Source: Bacteroidaceae bacterium
GTDB lineage: Bacteria > Bacteroidota > Bacteroidia > Bacteroidales > Bacteroidaceae
Assembly (NCBI GenBank): GCA_024682395.1
Contig: JAIKZH010000081.1
Coordinates: 6,623 to 70,622 of the forward strand
Direction of reading: 5' to 3'
Length of the DNA: 64,000 bases
How positions within the stretch are numbered: the first letter of the stretch is position 1; each line of letters starts with the position of its first letter. A model generated the notes under the pieces. The model did not search any database. It was not told the DNA's origin and saw only the letters and a list, made by a program, of their open reading frames with translations. Shown in pieces: positions 28,415 to 38,430 of this stretch. Position numbers and translations under genes: made by a program.

Positions 28415-29119
28415 TTACTTTTGAAATAAATCGTTACCTTTTAGTAAGATTATGGCTCTTTCATAGATGTCTTTCTTGATTTCATCTACAGAAACTCCCA
28501 AACACTCAGATGCTTTCTCATAAACCTCCTCGATAGTAGAAGAGGAATCATCGGTCTCCAACCACATTTTTCTTTCTTGCCACGCAACCTGCATGGATGC
28601 TTCGTTGAATCTTGGACCAAAGGATAGTTGTATCCCATTTTGTATTAGTTGTTTGGCTTGTTCATTCTTGTTTCTGTATCCATGTAGAATCCATGGTTGT
28701 TTTGCTCCGGTTGACTTATGTATCTCAATCAAATCGTTGAATGCCTTTACACAATGGATTATTAATGGTCTGTAAGTCGATTCCGAGAGATGAATCTGTT
28801 TTATGAACAGTTTGCGTTGCAAACTGATATCTGCGCCTCTAAGGATGTCCAATCCCGATTCACCAATAAAAACAATGCGTTGACATGTTAGCTTTTCTTT
28901 TATAGTGAAGATGCATCTGTTGATGAACTGCTCGTCGTTTACTATGTTTATTGAGTTCCAAGGATGCACTCCTATTGAATAAAAAAGATTATGATTATCG
29001 TTGATTTCATCGGAAAAATCCTTGTTGATAATGCGTATATGTGTACCAGAGTTAACTTCATCTCCGCATTCTGATGATGGTATTTTGTGGGTGTGTATAT
29101 CGATGAAGGGAATTGTCAT
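28415..29119 (-). CDS. TatD-family metal-dependent hydrolase
   Basis: N-terminal IDIHTHK, internal IGESGLD and IIHCV motifs of the TatD/amidohydrolase fold. Confidence 0.7.
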   Translation of the reverse strand: MTIPFIDIHTHKIPSSECGDEVNSGTHIRIINKDFSDEINDNHNLFYSIGVHPWNSINIVNDEQFINRCIFTIKEKLTCQRIVFIGESGLDILRGADISLQRKLFIKQIHLSESTYRPLIIHCVKAFNDLIEIHKSTGAKQPWILHGYRNKNEQAKQLIQNGIQLSFGPRFNEASMQVAWQERKMWLETDDSSSTIEEVYEKASECLGVSVDEIKKDIYERAIILLKGNDLFQK

Positions 29120-29173
29120 GTGTATTATGGCTTGCTAACTATTTTGTTTATGAGAGAATTTGTGTAGATGCTG

Positions 29174-29416
29174 TTATGGTACTGGGTCGTATCCTGAACC
29201 TCCCCATGGGTGACATCTTAGGATGCGGCGTATTGCCAAATATAATCCTTTAATCGGACCATGTTTTTTTAGTGCTTCAACGGCATATTGTGAGCATGTT
29301 GGTGTGAAACGGCACATTGGTGGAAACATCGGCGATATTGCCTTCTGATAAAAGAAGATAGGTAACAATAATGTCCATGTAAGGCATTTTCTTATTATGA
29401 TGATTATCTGTTTCAT
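29174..29416 (-). CDS. yidD: Membrane protein insertion efficiency factor YidD
   Basis: [19 protein letters not shown]...[17 protein letters not shown]. Confidence 0.9.
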   Translation of the reverse strand: MKQIIIIIRKCLTWTLLLPIFFYQKAISPMFPPMCRFTPTCSQYAVEALKKHGPIKGLYLAIRRILRCHPWGGSGYDPVP

Positions 29417-29506
29417 ATCTTCAGTTTGGATGCTTACGTGGATTGAAAATACTGTTATAGATATTAATTAAACAACATGCGTGCTTGTATCGTTTTATAT
29501 GATGTG

Positions 29507-29923
29507 TTATTTGTTTTCGTCTTTATTCGACTGTATATCGTGTTCTATACGACAAATAGCTTTCTTAACACATTTTTCTATAACATTTGACTTATAGTGT
29601 TGTGAAGCAATACTGATGAAAGCAATTGCGATACTTTTATCACTGTCCTCCATGGCTTTCCATAAGATATACTTTTGTTTCCTATATGCTTCGCGTACCT
29701 GACGTTTTATATGATTTCTGTCAACAGCATGGTGAAAACGTCGTTTGGGTACACTGATAAGTATTGATGTGGGAGCATCTCCTTTAGGAATAGTCATATA
29801 TACAATCCTAAAAGGAAATGCAACGAATGATGCACTTCCTCCTTCGAACAAGCGGTTAATAATCAGCTTGCTCTTGATTCGTTCCGCTTTAGTAAATGTT
29901 TGTGGATATGAGCCCACTATCAA
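29507..29923 (-). CDS. rnpA: Ribonuclease P protein component
   Basis: Basic ~138-aa protein with KAERIKSKLIINRLFEGG... and NHIKRQVREAYR (RNR-like motif), upstream of yidD. Confidence 0.8.
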   Translation of the reverse strand: MIVGSYPQTFTKAERIKSKLIINRLFEGGSASFVAFPFRIVYMTIPKGDAPTSILISVPKRRFHHAVDRNHIKRQVREAYRKQKYILWKAMEDSDKSIAIAFISIASQHYKSNVIEKCVKKAICRIEHDIQSNKDENK

Positions 29924-29979
29924 TTGTTTATATTATAAGTGGCATTGATTTCAATGCCACTTTACTATTTTGTTTATGT

Positions 29980-30717
29980 TTATTTATGTTTTTTGATATA
30001 ATCTTCGATGATTGCAGGTACAGAACGTAGTTCTGGAGTTGGTTGCATATCTACTCTTAGATTGTATTTCTCAGCTTCCTTTATTGTTTTGTCTCCAAGA
30101 CATGCTATTGCGATATCCCCTTGTTGGAAGTTAGGGAAGTTCTTAAGCAATGAATGGATTCCTTCAGGACTGAAGAATACCAACATATCGTAATCGAATG
30201 GCTCGTCTGGTCCAAAGTCGTTACTTACTGTATAATACATTACAGCCTCTGTGTGATTGAGCTTTGCAGCATCAAACATATTCTTTAATTCATCGTCGTG
30301 TACAGATGACTGAGGAACAAAGTATTTTTCTGTCTTGTGTTTAACCATAATTGGTACCAGATCAGACATTTTTCCACTTGTAGGATAGAATACTTTACGT
30401 TTGCGGTATTGTACGTACTTCTGAATGTAAAGTGAAACAAGTTCTGATTTACAGAAATACTTCATGTCTTCAGGAATAGTGATGCGTAATTCCTTGCAAA
30501 GATTGAAAAAATGATCTATACCATGTCGTGATGTAAATACAATAGCAGTATGATCAAGAATGGAAACTTTTTGTTGACGGAAATCACGCGCAGGCATGCT
30601 GTCGACCCTTATGAAAGGTCTAAACACCATTTCGACTCCACATCTTTCTGCGACATCGAAATAAGGTGACTTTTCTGTTTGTGGTTTTGGTTGAGATACC
30701 AGAATTTTTTTTGTCAT
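29980..30717 (-). CDS. Uroporphyrinogen-III synthase family (HemD-like) protein
   Basis: ~245-aa two-lobed flavodoxin-like pattern (VSILDHTAIVFTSRHGIDHFF, MLVFFSPEGIHSLL), in the conserved position next to the DUF4271 gene. Confidence 0.6.
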   Translation of the reverse strand: MTKKILVSQPKPQTEKSPYFDVAERCGVEMVFRPFIRVDSMPARDFRQQKVSILDHTAIVFTSRHGIDHFFNLCKELRITIPEDMKYFCKSELVSLYIQKYVQYRKRKVFYPTSGKMSDLVPIMVKHKTEKYFVPQSSVHDDELKNMFDAAKLNHTEAVMYYTVSNDFGPDEPFDYDMLVFFSPEGIHSLLKNFPNFQQGDIAIACLGDKTIKEAEKYNLRVDMQPTPELRSVPAIIEDYIKKHK

Positions 30718-30766
30718 GTATTCTTGTAAATTGATTCTTAATTAGTTTGTGATAAAGTTTTATGCT

Positions 30767-31459
30767 TTAACTGATTACTTCCATCTGTCTAAGTACATGT
30801 AAGGTAATTAGGGTAGGCATAATTTCAACGCTGCAAAAGTACAAAAAAAACAGTATTTGACCATATCTTTTGGGCTTAAAGTTTGCATATAGCTTACAAA
30901 ACAGTATGATTTTCTGTAAAATAAGAATAATTATCAGGCATAATGATATGTTGGGTGAGCAATCAAATGTTGAAAATGTTTGAATGATTGCAAGTGGTAA
31001 TATTATGACTGACGCAGCCGCTAAAAGGTATATATATGACGAAATCCAGTGTTTGTTGACTTCAGCTGGGAAGAATATCCAGTTTACAAACATATAGATA
31101 CAGATCTGTGCTCCAACTGTTAGAGTAAGTGTGAGCATGACCAAAAATAAAGTGGAATAATTGCCATGCTCATTAACTGTTACTAAATCCTGTGAGTTTA
31201 TATATAGCGTTAGGCTAAGCGAAAACAATCCAATAAGGATGAGTAGTAATATATCCACTTGTTCACGGTTGTTTGTGGATATCTCATCGGTTGCGTATAT
31301 CTGACGTGAAGAGAAATAAGTTCGTATTTTATACAGTAGAATCTCTCTACAGCGGCATATAACAAATGTGAAAAGGAAGAACACTAAAAGTAATCCGACA
31401 ATTATTATATTGTCGTTGCTTACATGGTAGGCTCTTAAAGTGCTTACTATCCCTTCCAT
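30767..31459 (-). CDS. DUF4271-like polytopic membrane protein
   Basis: ~6 TM helices, 230 aa. The conserved Bacteroidota neighbourhood (DUF4271 then HemD-like) is recalled from memory. Confidence 0.5.
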   Translation of the reverse strand: MEGIVSTLRAYHVSNDNIIIVGLLLVFFLFTFVICRCREILLYKIRTYFSSRQIYATDEISTNNREQVDILLLILIGLFSLSLTLYINSQDLVTVNEHGNYSTLFLVMLTLTLTVGAQICIYMFVNWIFFPAEVNKHWISSYIYLLAAASVIILPLAIIQTFSTFDCSPNISLCLIIILILQKIILFCKLYANFKPKRYGQILFFLYFCSVEIMPTLITLHVLRQMEVIS

Positions 31460-31471
31460 TTGGATTGGTTA

Positions 31472-32737
31472 TTATAAACTGAATCTTTTCTTGATATTGT
31501 CTATTTCATCGAGCTTTTCCCATGTGAAAAGTTCAACTTCAAGACTGACTTCGCCTCCTGAGATATATGGACTATAGAAATGTTTTGTTACAGTTTCTGG
31601 CTTTCTGCCCATGTGTCCATATGCTGCAGTTTCTGCATAAATAGGGTTGCGTAACTTTAGTTTTCTCTCAATAGCAATCGGACGCAAGTCGAACATCTCC
31701 TTGATGACTGATGCAATTTCACCGTCAGACATATTTACGTTGGAATGGCCATATGTGTTAACATATATGCTGACTGGTTGAGCCACACCAATAGCATAAC
31801 TCAATTGTACAAGCATCTCGTCGGCAACTCCTGCTGCTACCATGTTTTTAGCGATATAGCGTGCTGCATAAGCTGCTGAACGGTCAACCTTTGATGGGTC
31901 TTTTCCTGAAAACGCACCACCACCATGGGCTCCTTTTCCTCCGTATGTGTCAACAATGATTTTTCGTCCTGTAAGTCCAGTGTCTCCATGAGGACCTCCA
32001 ATAACGAACTTACCTGTAGGATTTACGAAATATTTGATGTCATCGGTGAATAAAGCACGTATTTTCTCGTCTTTTATCTCACTTATGACTCTTGGTATAA
32101 GTATTTCCTTTACATCTTTCTTGATCTGCTCAAGCATTTTTTCATCGTCGCTGTCAAACTCATCGTGCTGAGTTGATACAACGATTGTGTCTATTCTTAC
32201 AGGCTTGTCGTTGTTGTCGTATTCAATTGTGACCTGACTTTTTGAATCAGGACGCAGATATGTCATTACTTTTCCTTCGTGGCGTATGCTTGCCAATGTG
32301 CGTAGGATGTGATGACTTAAATCAAGTGTGAGAGGAATATAGTTCTCGCTCTCGTTTGTTGCATAGCCAAACATCATTCCTTGGTCGCCAGCACCTTGAT
32401 CCTCAGGGTTTTCTCTGTCAACACCTCTGTTGATATCTTCACTCTGCTCATGAATTGAAGATACAAGTCCACAACTTTCAGCCTCGAATTTATATTCTGC
32501 TTTATTATAACCGATTTTATTTATTGTGCGTCGAGTAATTTCTTGTAAATCTGCATATGCTTTTGATTTTACTTCACCAGCAACAACAACTAATCCTGTA
32601 GTAACAAGTGTTTCGCAGGCTACTTTTGACTGTGGGTCAAAAGCTAATAGTTGATCCAATACTGCATCGCTAATTTGGTCTGCGACTTTATCAGGGTGTC
32701 CCTCACTAACTGATTCTGATGTAAAAAGATATCCCAT
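31472..32737 (-). CDS. metK: S-adenosylmethionine synthetase
   Basis: [49 protein letters not shown]. Confidence 0.95.
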   Translation of the reverse strand: MGYLFTSESVSEGHPDKVADQISDAVLDQLLAFDPQSKVACETLVTTGLVVVAGEVKSKAYADLQEITRRTINKIGYNKAEYKFEAESCGLVSSIHEQSEDINRGVDRENPEDQGAGDQGMMFGYATNESENYIPLTLDLSHHILRTLASIRHEGKVMTYLRPDSKSQVTIEYDNNDKPVRIDTIVVSTQHDEFDSDDEKMLEQIKKDVKEILIPRVISEIKDEKIRALFTDDIKYFVNPTGKFVIGGPHGDTGLTGRKIIVDTYGGKGAHGGGAFSGKDPSKVDRSAAYAARYIAKNMVAAGVADEMLVQLSYAIGVAQPVSIYVNTYGHSNVNMSDGEIASVIKEMFDLRPIAIERKLKLRNPIYAETAAYGHMGRKPETVTKHFYSPYISGGEVSLEVELFTWEKLDEIDNIKKRFSL

Positions 32738-32818
32738 ATTATAATCCTTTTTTTATTTATTATTCATCAATTTACCTATCTTCTTAAAACTTATAACTCT
32801 TTAGAACTTAAGAGAGTG

Positions 32819-32826
32819 CAAAGTTA
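32819..32826 (-). promoter_or_regulatory. -7 box (TAACTTTG on minus strand) for metK
   Basis: The plus strand reads CAAAGTTA and would give an ~75-nt AT-rich leader. Confidence 0.4.
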
Positions 32827-33115
32827 TGAAATTATTGCCGAATTATAAAATTAATTACAATAAAAAGATGGTTCAACCCACTTGAGTTGTGCTTTTTACC
32901 TAATGTTAAGTAAACCGGTGTCTGATTATATATATTTATGGTTAACCAAAATATGTGATATGAAAACTCATGTAGCTCTGTCTGTCTTTTCTTTTTAAAC
33001 GATAAATAATGGTTTTTATCTGCTTGAAAATTGAAGTTATTTGTTTATTCTGCCCATTTTTACTAAACTATATACATATTTCTAATATAACCAGTATCAT
33101 TTCTTTATTTTTTTA

Positions 33116-33123
33116 TAACTTTG
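33116..33123 (+). promoter_or_regulatory. -7 box (TAACTTTG) immediately upstream of the GT4 gene
   Basis: Matches TAnnTTTG but lies only 8 nt before the ATG at 33132, implying a near-leaderless transcript. Low confidence. Confidence 0.3.
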
Positions 33124-33131
33124 CATTCAGA

Positions 33132-34400
33132 ATGAGAGTACTGATAGTTAATACTTCTGAACGTACAGGTGGTGCGGCAATTGCTGCTAACCGTTTGATG
33201 ATGGCTTTGAAGAGTAGTGGAATCAAAGCCCGCATGTTGGTGCGCGATAAGCAGACTGACCAGTTGACTGTTGTTTCGATTCCAACTTCATGGAAGTTGA
33301 CCGCAAAATTTATTTGGGAACGTTTAGTTATTTTGTTTGCAAATAGATTAAGCTATAAGAATATTTTCCAAGTTGATATAGCCAACACGGGAACGGATAT
33401 TAGTCAGATGTTTGAATTCAAGCAAGCTGACGTTATCCATTTGCACTGGGTTAATCAAGGTTTTCTTTCAATGAAAAACTTGAACGCAATCATGCAATCA
33501 GGTAAGCCTATTGTTATAACAATGCACGACATGTGGTACTTCACAGGTATTTGTCATTATTCGGGCGATTGTAAGAAATACACAACTAAGTGTGAGAAAT
33601 GCCCAATCCTTTATGGTGGAGTTGTGGGCGATTTGGCACAGGATGTGTTTAATAAGAAACGGAAGATGTTCATGACAAACAATGTGGTTTTTGTTGGTTG
33701 TAGCCAGTGGATCTCTGATTTGTGTCGCAGAAGCCGTTTGGCTAAAGGACACACAATATTGAGTATACCTAATGCCATCAATACCGATTTGTTTGCTCCA
33801 ATGGATAAACATATTGCTCGTGAAGAAACTAAATTACCTTCCGACAAATTCCTTATTTTGTTTGGCTCACAGCGTATCACTGATAAGCGAAAAGGATTTA
33901 ATTATCTTGCTGAGGCTTGTGATATTATAAAGTCAAAATATCCCGAACTCATCGATAAAATCGGTGTTGTCGTGTTAGGCGAGAATAGCGATAAAGTGAA
34001 AAGCATGTTGCCTTTCGATGTATATCCAGTGAGTTATGTGAGTAGTCAAACAGAATTGGTCCGTTTGTATAATGCAGTCGATTTATATGTAACTCCATCA
34101 CTTCAGGATAATCTTCCTAATACTATTGTTGAAGCAATGTCATGTGGCATTCCATGTGTAGGATTTAACGTGGGCGGAATTCCTGAGATGATAAACCATA
34201 TGCAGAATGGTTATGTGGCTAAATATCAAGATGCAGAAGATTTTGCAAATGGAATATACTGGTGCATGCAGTCTGATAATTATATGGCTTTATGCAGCAA
34301 TGCACGTAATAAAGCTGTTCAAACATATAGTCAAGATCGTATAGCTCATAGTTATAGTGAGGTTTATGATATGGCAATACAAATGAATAAAAAACGATGA
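33132..34400 (+). CDS. Glycosyltransferase family 4 (GT-B)
   Basis: MRVLIVNTSERTGGAAIAANRL start and an E-x7-E-like region (NTIVEAMSCGIPCVGFNVGGIPEMI). The 41 codons upstream in the listed ORF (from 33009) are hydrophobic junk spanning the promoter region. Confidence 0.8.
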   Translation: MRVLIVNTSERTGGAAIAANRLMMALKSSGIKARMLVRDKQTDQLTVVSIPTSWKLTAKFIWERLVILFANRLSYKNIFQVDIANTGTDISQMFEFKQADVIHLHWVNQGFLSMKNLNAIMQSGKPIVITMHDMWYFTGICHYSGDCKKYTTKCEKCPILYGGVVGDLAQDVFNKKRKMFMTNNVVFVGCSQWISDLCRRSRLAKGHTILSIPNAINTDLFAPMDKHIAREETKLPSDKFLILFGSQRITDKRKGFNYLAEACDIIKSKYPELIDKIGVVVLGENSDKVKSMLPFDVYPVSYVSSQTELVRLYNAVDLYVTPSLQDNLPNTIVEAMSCGIPCVGFNVGGIPEMINHMQNGYVAKYQDAEDFANGIYWCMQSDNYMALCSNARNKAVQTYSQDRIAHSYSEVYDMAIQMNKKR

Positions 34401-35164
34401 AGGAACTATCTATAATAACTGTAACCTACAATGCAAAGGCTTTGATTGAACGTACTTTGCGTAGTGTGGAACAGCAGACTGCATATCAGAAGATTGAACA
34501 TGTGATTATTGATGGTGCTTCTTCTGATGGAACAACAGAATTATTAGAGGATTATTACCAGAGAAATAAGGACCGTTATCCAATAATCTTTACGAGCGAA
34601 CCCGATAAAGGTCTTTATGATGCAATGAACAAAGGACTTTCTGCTGCTACGGGGCAATTCATCGTGTATCTTAATTCAGGCGATATGTTGCATGAACCGA
34701 CGACTATAGAACAGGTTTTCAGTCATGATGTATCAAACGTTGGTGTGATATATGGTGATACAAATATCGTGGATGATAAAGGTAATTTTCTTTTCCGCCG
34801 TGAACTTACCCCACCAAAACATTTGACATGGAAATCATTCAAGAACGGTATGCTTGTATGTCATCAGTCGTTTTATGCAAGAAGATCATTATGTCCGTCA
34901 TACGATTTAAGTTATCGTTTTTCCTCCGATGTCGATTGGTGTATAAAGGTTATGAAAGCCGGAAAGATTGCTAAGATGGAGAATCTTAACACCAAAATCA
35001 TATTGACGGATTATCTTAATGAAGGACTTTCAACAAAGAACCATAAGGCTTCGTTGATGGAACGTTTTAATGTGATGAAACATCATTATGGACTTCTTAC
35101 AACATCACTTTACCATATAAAGTTTTTATTCAGGGATCTGATAAGGAAGATAAAGAAACTATGA
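34397..35164 (+). CDS. Glycosyltransferase family 2
   Basis: LSIITVTYNA, IIDGASSDGT and YLNSGD (DxD-like). Its ATGA start overlaps the GT4 stop. Confidence 0.8.
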   Translation: MKELSIITVTYNAKALIERTLRSVEQQTAYQKIEHVIIDGASSDGTTELLEDYYQRNKDRYPIIFTSEPDKGLYDAMNKGLSAATGQFIVYLNSGDMLHEPTTIEQVFSHDVSNVGVIYGDTNIVDDKGNFLFRRELTPPKHLTWKSFKNGMLVCHQSFYARRSLCPSYDLSYRFSSDVDWCIKVMKAGKIAKMENLNTKIILTDYLNEGLSTKNHKASLMERFNVMKHHYGLLTTSLYHIKFLFRDLIRKIKKL

Positions 35165-35652
35165 TAGGACAACAAGTTGTATATGACCGACTTAAGGAAC
35201 TGAATATTCCTTTTGTTTATACCGAACATCCAGCCGCACCAACAATCGAGATTGGACGTGCATACTGGGCAGATTTGCCAGGAACACATTGTAAGAACCT
35301 TTTCTTTCGTAACCATAAAGGAAACAGACATTATCTGGTGATTTTTCAATGTGATCAAAATCTTGCCATACACGATCTGGAACATCTTCTTCATCAAGGA
35401 AAACTCAGTTTTGCTTCTGAACAGCGAATGGAGAAGTATTTGGGATTGCGCCCAGGTTCAGTTTCACCTTTTGGCTTATTAAATGATGAAGAACATCATG
35501 TTTATGTTTTTCTCGATGAAAACTTGCGCAATTATTCACATTTATCATTCCATCCCAACGATAATCATGCTTCGTTGAATATAACTATCGATGATTTCAT
35601 CAGATATATGGATAGTACAGGCAATCAGTATGAATGGATAAAACTATACTGA
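35161..35652 (+). CDS. YbaK/ProX-type aminoacyl-tRNA trans-editing domain protein
   Basis: HCKNLFFRNHKGNRHYLV and GSVSPFGL motifs of the YbaK/ProRS-associated domain. Its ATGA start overlaps the GT2 stop. Confidence 0.65.
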   Translation: MIGQQVVYDRLKELNIPFVYTEHPAAPTIEIGRAYWADLPGTHCKNLFFRNHKGNRHYLVIFQCDQNLAIHDLEHLLHQGKLSFASEQRMEKYLGLRPGSVSPFGLLNDEEHHVYVFLDENLRNYSHLSFHPNDNHASLNITIDDFIRYMDSTGNQYEWIKLY

Positions 35653-35692
35653 CTGGTAAATATCCTACAATCTGTGATTTACAAAAATAATA

Positions 35693-35723
35693 ATGGAAGG
35701 ATAAAAACAACTTATCCTTCCAT
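35693..35723. terminator. 12-bp perfect hairpin between the convergent ybaK-like and fprA-like genes
   Basis: ATGGAAGGATAA-aaacaac-TTATCCTTCCAT. Confidence 0.6.
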
Positions 35724-35748
35724 CTTCATTTACAATTGCGTCCAACTT

Positions 35749-36903
35749 TTATTTTAATATCTCGTCGGCAAGAAGTTGTAATGCATCATTGTCTGAAGGT
35801 TTCACCTTACCTCGAATAGTGACAACAGGGTCAATGATGGTGATATCTTTCATGCCTTCAAGCATTTTCTTCATTGTTCGTGCTGCTGTTGGTGCCCATG
35901 AACCGTTTTCTATGATACCAACAGTCTTCTTTTGCCATGATTTCAATGCCAGATGATGTAGGAAGTCGTGCATTGGAGGAAACACGTCGGAATCGTAACT
36001 TGATGCAGCTACAATGATCTTTCCGTATCTGAATGCATCTTCTATGGCTTCTGCCATGTCCTCTCGGCATAAATCACTGATTGCTACCTTTGGACAGCCT
36101 TTTTGTCGTAGGATGTCTGCCAGTTGTTCTGCTGCTTGGGCTGTGTTTCCATGAATGCTGGCATGGGCAATGAACACTCCTTCTGTTTCAACAGAATAAC
36201 TGCTCCATATGTCATATAAGCGTATAGCTTCGGCAAGTGCTTCGTTTTCAAGTACAGGACCATGCAACGGATATATTTTAGATATGTTCAGGTTGGCTGC
36301 TTTCTTAAGTAATGTTTGAGTAGGTGAACCATACTTACCGCATATGTTGAAATAATAACGGCGTGCTTCACATGCCCAGTCGTCCTTATCGGCATCCATA
36401 GTTCCGAATTTGCCAAAGGCATCGGCAGAGAAAAGTATTCCTTCTGTTGCATCATAAGTCATCATTACTTCAGGCCAGTGTATCATTGGAGCCATGATGA
36501 ATGTAAGATTGTGTTTTCCAAGCGAAAGTGTGTCGCCTTCTGCAACAACCTTAAATCTTTTTTCGATGAATTCGTTGTTTGTTATGTATTGTGGAGCCAT
36601 CTGTTTTGCTCTGGCAGTACAAATCACAGTAAGTTCAGGATATAGATTCATCACCTCTTCTATACCTGATGCATGATCCGGTTCCAGATGATGTATTATA
36701 AGATAATCTGGTTTTTTGTCTTGCAATGCCTCGCTCAGATTAGCCTTCCATTGTTCCATTGTTCTGGCATCCGAAGTGTCTGTGATAGCGATTTTTTCAT
36801 CAAGAATAACCCATGAGTTATAACACATACCAGCAGGTGTTACATATTGGCTCTCAAAAAGACGAAGTGAAGGATCGTCAACTCCTATACATTTTATATC
36901 CAT
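35749..36903 (-). CDS. Flavodiiron protein (FprA-type: metallo-beta-lactamase fold plus flavodoxin domain)
   Basis: Di-iron motif HHLEPDHASG and a C-terminal flavodoxin-like segment (FIAHASIHGNTAQAA). Confidence 0.8.
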   Translation of the reverse strand: MDIKCIGVDDPSLRLFESQYVTPAGMCYNSWVILDEKIAITDTSDARTMEQWKANLSEALQDKKPDYLIIHHLEPDHASGIEEVMNLYPELTVICTARAKQMAPQYITNNEFIEKRFKVVAEGDTLSLGKHNLTFIMAPMIHWPEVMMTYDATEGILFSADAFGKFGTMDADKDDWACEARRYYFNICGKYGSPTQTLLKKAANLNISKIYPLHGPVLENEALAEAIRLYDIWSSYSVETEGVFIAHASIHGNTAQAAEQLADILRQKGCPKVAISDLCREDMAEAIEDAFRYGKIIVAASSYDSDVFPPMHDFLHHLALKSWQKKTVGIIENGSWAPTAARTMKKMLEGMKDITIIDPVVTIRGKVKPSDNDALQLLADEILK

Positions 36904-36942
36904 ACGTAGTTTGTCTTTTTTTATTAATAAATGTGATTAATA

Positions 36943-36950
36943 CAAATGTA
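36943..36950 (-). promoter_or_regulatory. -7 box (TACATTTG on minus strand) for the fprA-like gene
   Basis: The plus strand reads CAAATGTA, 40 nt upstream of the ATG at 36903. Confidence 0.45.
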
Positions 36951-37337
36951 TATGTAAACTGTCTTGTTTTATTATTGAATGCAAAGATAATGATTATTTA
37001 ATATTTTTCAAACAACTTTTGTGCTTTTTATCTGTAACCAGAACCATTGGTAATAGGAATCTGTATAAACGAAGATTTTTTTACATTCTTCCGTTATAAA
37101 ATTCGGTGATTAATAATCTTTTTTTACCTTTGCCTGCGATTTGCCATAGCATAATCGGATCAGTCTTTATGGTGCAGAATTTATTTCTATCCTAAAAGTC
37201 TTTTTGTAGCTTAATCGTGTCTTTCATTATAGTAGAAACTCATGAAAAAGTGCAATACCAATGATTAGTTATTTAGTAATATATCCTAATATAAGAATGA
37301 TAAATTATTTATTAATTAAAAACCTCAGTAAATTTTT

Positions 37338-37871
37338 ATGAATATCCAAAACTTTATTAAAATTTGTTTTGTAGTAATTCTTCTTATTTCATGTAGTAAA
37401 GAAGATGAATACATCCCAATGGAAGCTTCTGCCCAACAACGTATAGTCGAATTGTCGTGCGTGGACAAAGACGGTAATGATCTTTTGGCTGACGAGAACT
37501 TTGTTAATCAAATAAATATTTATGGCTGTTTGTCCAAAAATATAATAAATTTTAGAGTAGAGGAGATAAAGAATGACGGAATATCTCTGAAATATCTGCG
37601 TTTTGCTGCAGATTTTCCAAATACTAAGGATATGCAGTTTGAAGATGAGCACTTGGCGTATGGCAAGTCACAATTTATTATGTTTATAAACAAACAGAAG
37701 TTGAAATTCTCATGTTTATTTAAGTACGAGTCTTCAGGTATTCCTTTCTTAATCGGAGGTAATGGTATTGCAATACAAAGCATCGAATATAAAAATCAAA
37801 TAATAAATCTTAATGAGCACCAATCACCTCTTTGTCTCGAAATAGATAAGGATGCCATTAAATTGAGATAG
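37338..37871 (+). CDS. Hypothetical lipoprotein
   Basis: Lipobox VILLISC-SKEDE. I recognise no motif in the mature part. Confidence 0.55.
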   Translation: MNIQNFIKICFVVILLISCSKEDEYIPMEASAQQRIVELSCVDKDGNDLLADENFVNQINIYGCLSKNIINFRVEEIKNDGISLKYLRFAADFPNTKDMQFEDEHLAYGKSQFIMFINKQKLKFSCLFKYESSGIPFLIGGNGIAIQSIEYKNQIINLNEHQSPLCLEIDKDAIKLR

Positions 37872-37893
37872 AGTAGATTATTAATAAAAGGGG

Positions 37894-37932
37894 TGCGTCT
37901 TTGAAATGAATATTAAAGACGCATCTTTTTTT
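37894..37932 (+). terminator. Rho-independent terminator after the lipoprotein gene
   Basis: 9-bp stem TGCGTCTTT/AAAGACGCA followed by TCTTTTTTT. Confidence 0.8.
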
Positions 37933-37965
37933 GTATGATATTATTTCAGTAAAATAGCGCACTTG

Positions 37966-38364
37966 TTAACAATTCAATATATTTCTAATAATCCACCATG
38001 AGAAATATAGGATTATATAGGTTATAAGTACGTATCTGTTACAGATAAATTTGTTTAGACCATCAAAGATATGATTGAAATTGTACCATGATGCTATGAT
38101 GACAATAAAGGCAAAGGGTATTGATATTGTCAGAAAGAGGTTATATTGAATGGCTTTCTGAAACTCTCCGTGAAGTACGCAATGTATAGCTCTTTGTATT
38201 CCACATGACGGACAGTTGTAACCTGTAATGAATTTCATTGGACATTTAGGAAAAAACGAGTTGGATGCAGTTGGATCCATATTATAATATATTATTCCCA
38301 ACACCACAAGGATGATTGGGAATAATATCGCCATTTTATGTTTTTTCAAATCTTCTTTTGTCAT
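37966..38364 (-). CDS. DUF2752-like membrane protein
   Basis: CPMKFITGYNCPSCGIQRA Cys motif after a first TM, then further TMs; 132 aa. Confidence 0.6.
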   Translation of the reverse strand: MTKEDLKKHKMAILFPIILVVLGIIYYNMDPTASNSFFPKCPMKFITGYNCPSCGIQRAIHCVLHGEFQKAIQYNLFLTISIPFAFIVIIASWYNFNHIFDGLNKFICNRYVLITYIILYFSWWIIRNILNC

Positions 38365-38430
38365 AGAAAAACATTACATGATAGGATCTCTTTATGAAAT
38401 CCACTTATACAGATGATTACTGATTAAGAG

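Noticed and set aside
29938-29961. Perfect 11-bp palindrome AGTGGCATTGA-tt-TCAATGCCACT between the hemD-like and rnpA genes, as a regulatory element
   Set aside because: It is most simply an intergenic hairpin or terminator-like structure between two same-strand genes. There is no T-run on the transcribed (minus) strand and nothing else distinctive, so I did not promote it to a finding.
32738-32830. Possible SAM riboswitch in the metK leader (minus strand)
   Set aside because: The predicted ~75-nt leader is A/T-rich (…TTAAGTTCTAAAGAGTTATAAGTTTTAAGAAGATAGG…) and lacks the paired GC-containing helices or pseudoknot elements of the SAM-I, SAM-II and SAM-SAH classes. A covariance-model scan (Infernal/Rfam) would be the decisive test.
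33009-33131. N-terminal 41-codon extension of the GT4 ORF; similar extensions at 53026-53103, 44232-44267, 11987-12019 and 22301-22336
   Set aside because: These extensions start at non-ATG codons or run through promoter-like boxes and AT-rich non-coding-looking sequence. In each case a downstream ATG gives a canonical N-terminus: a GT4 Rossmann start, a signal peptide or a lipobox.
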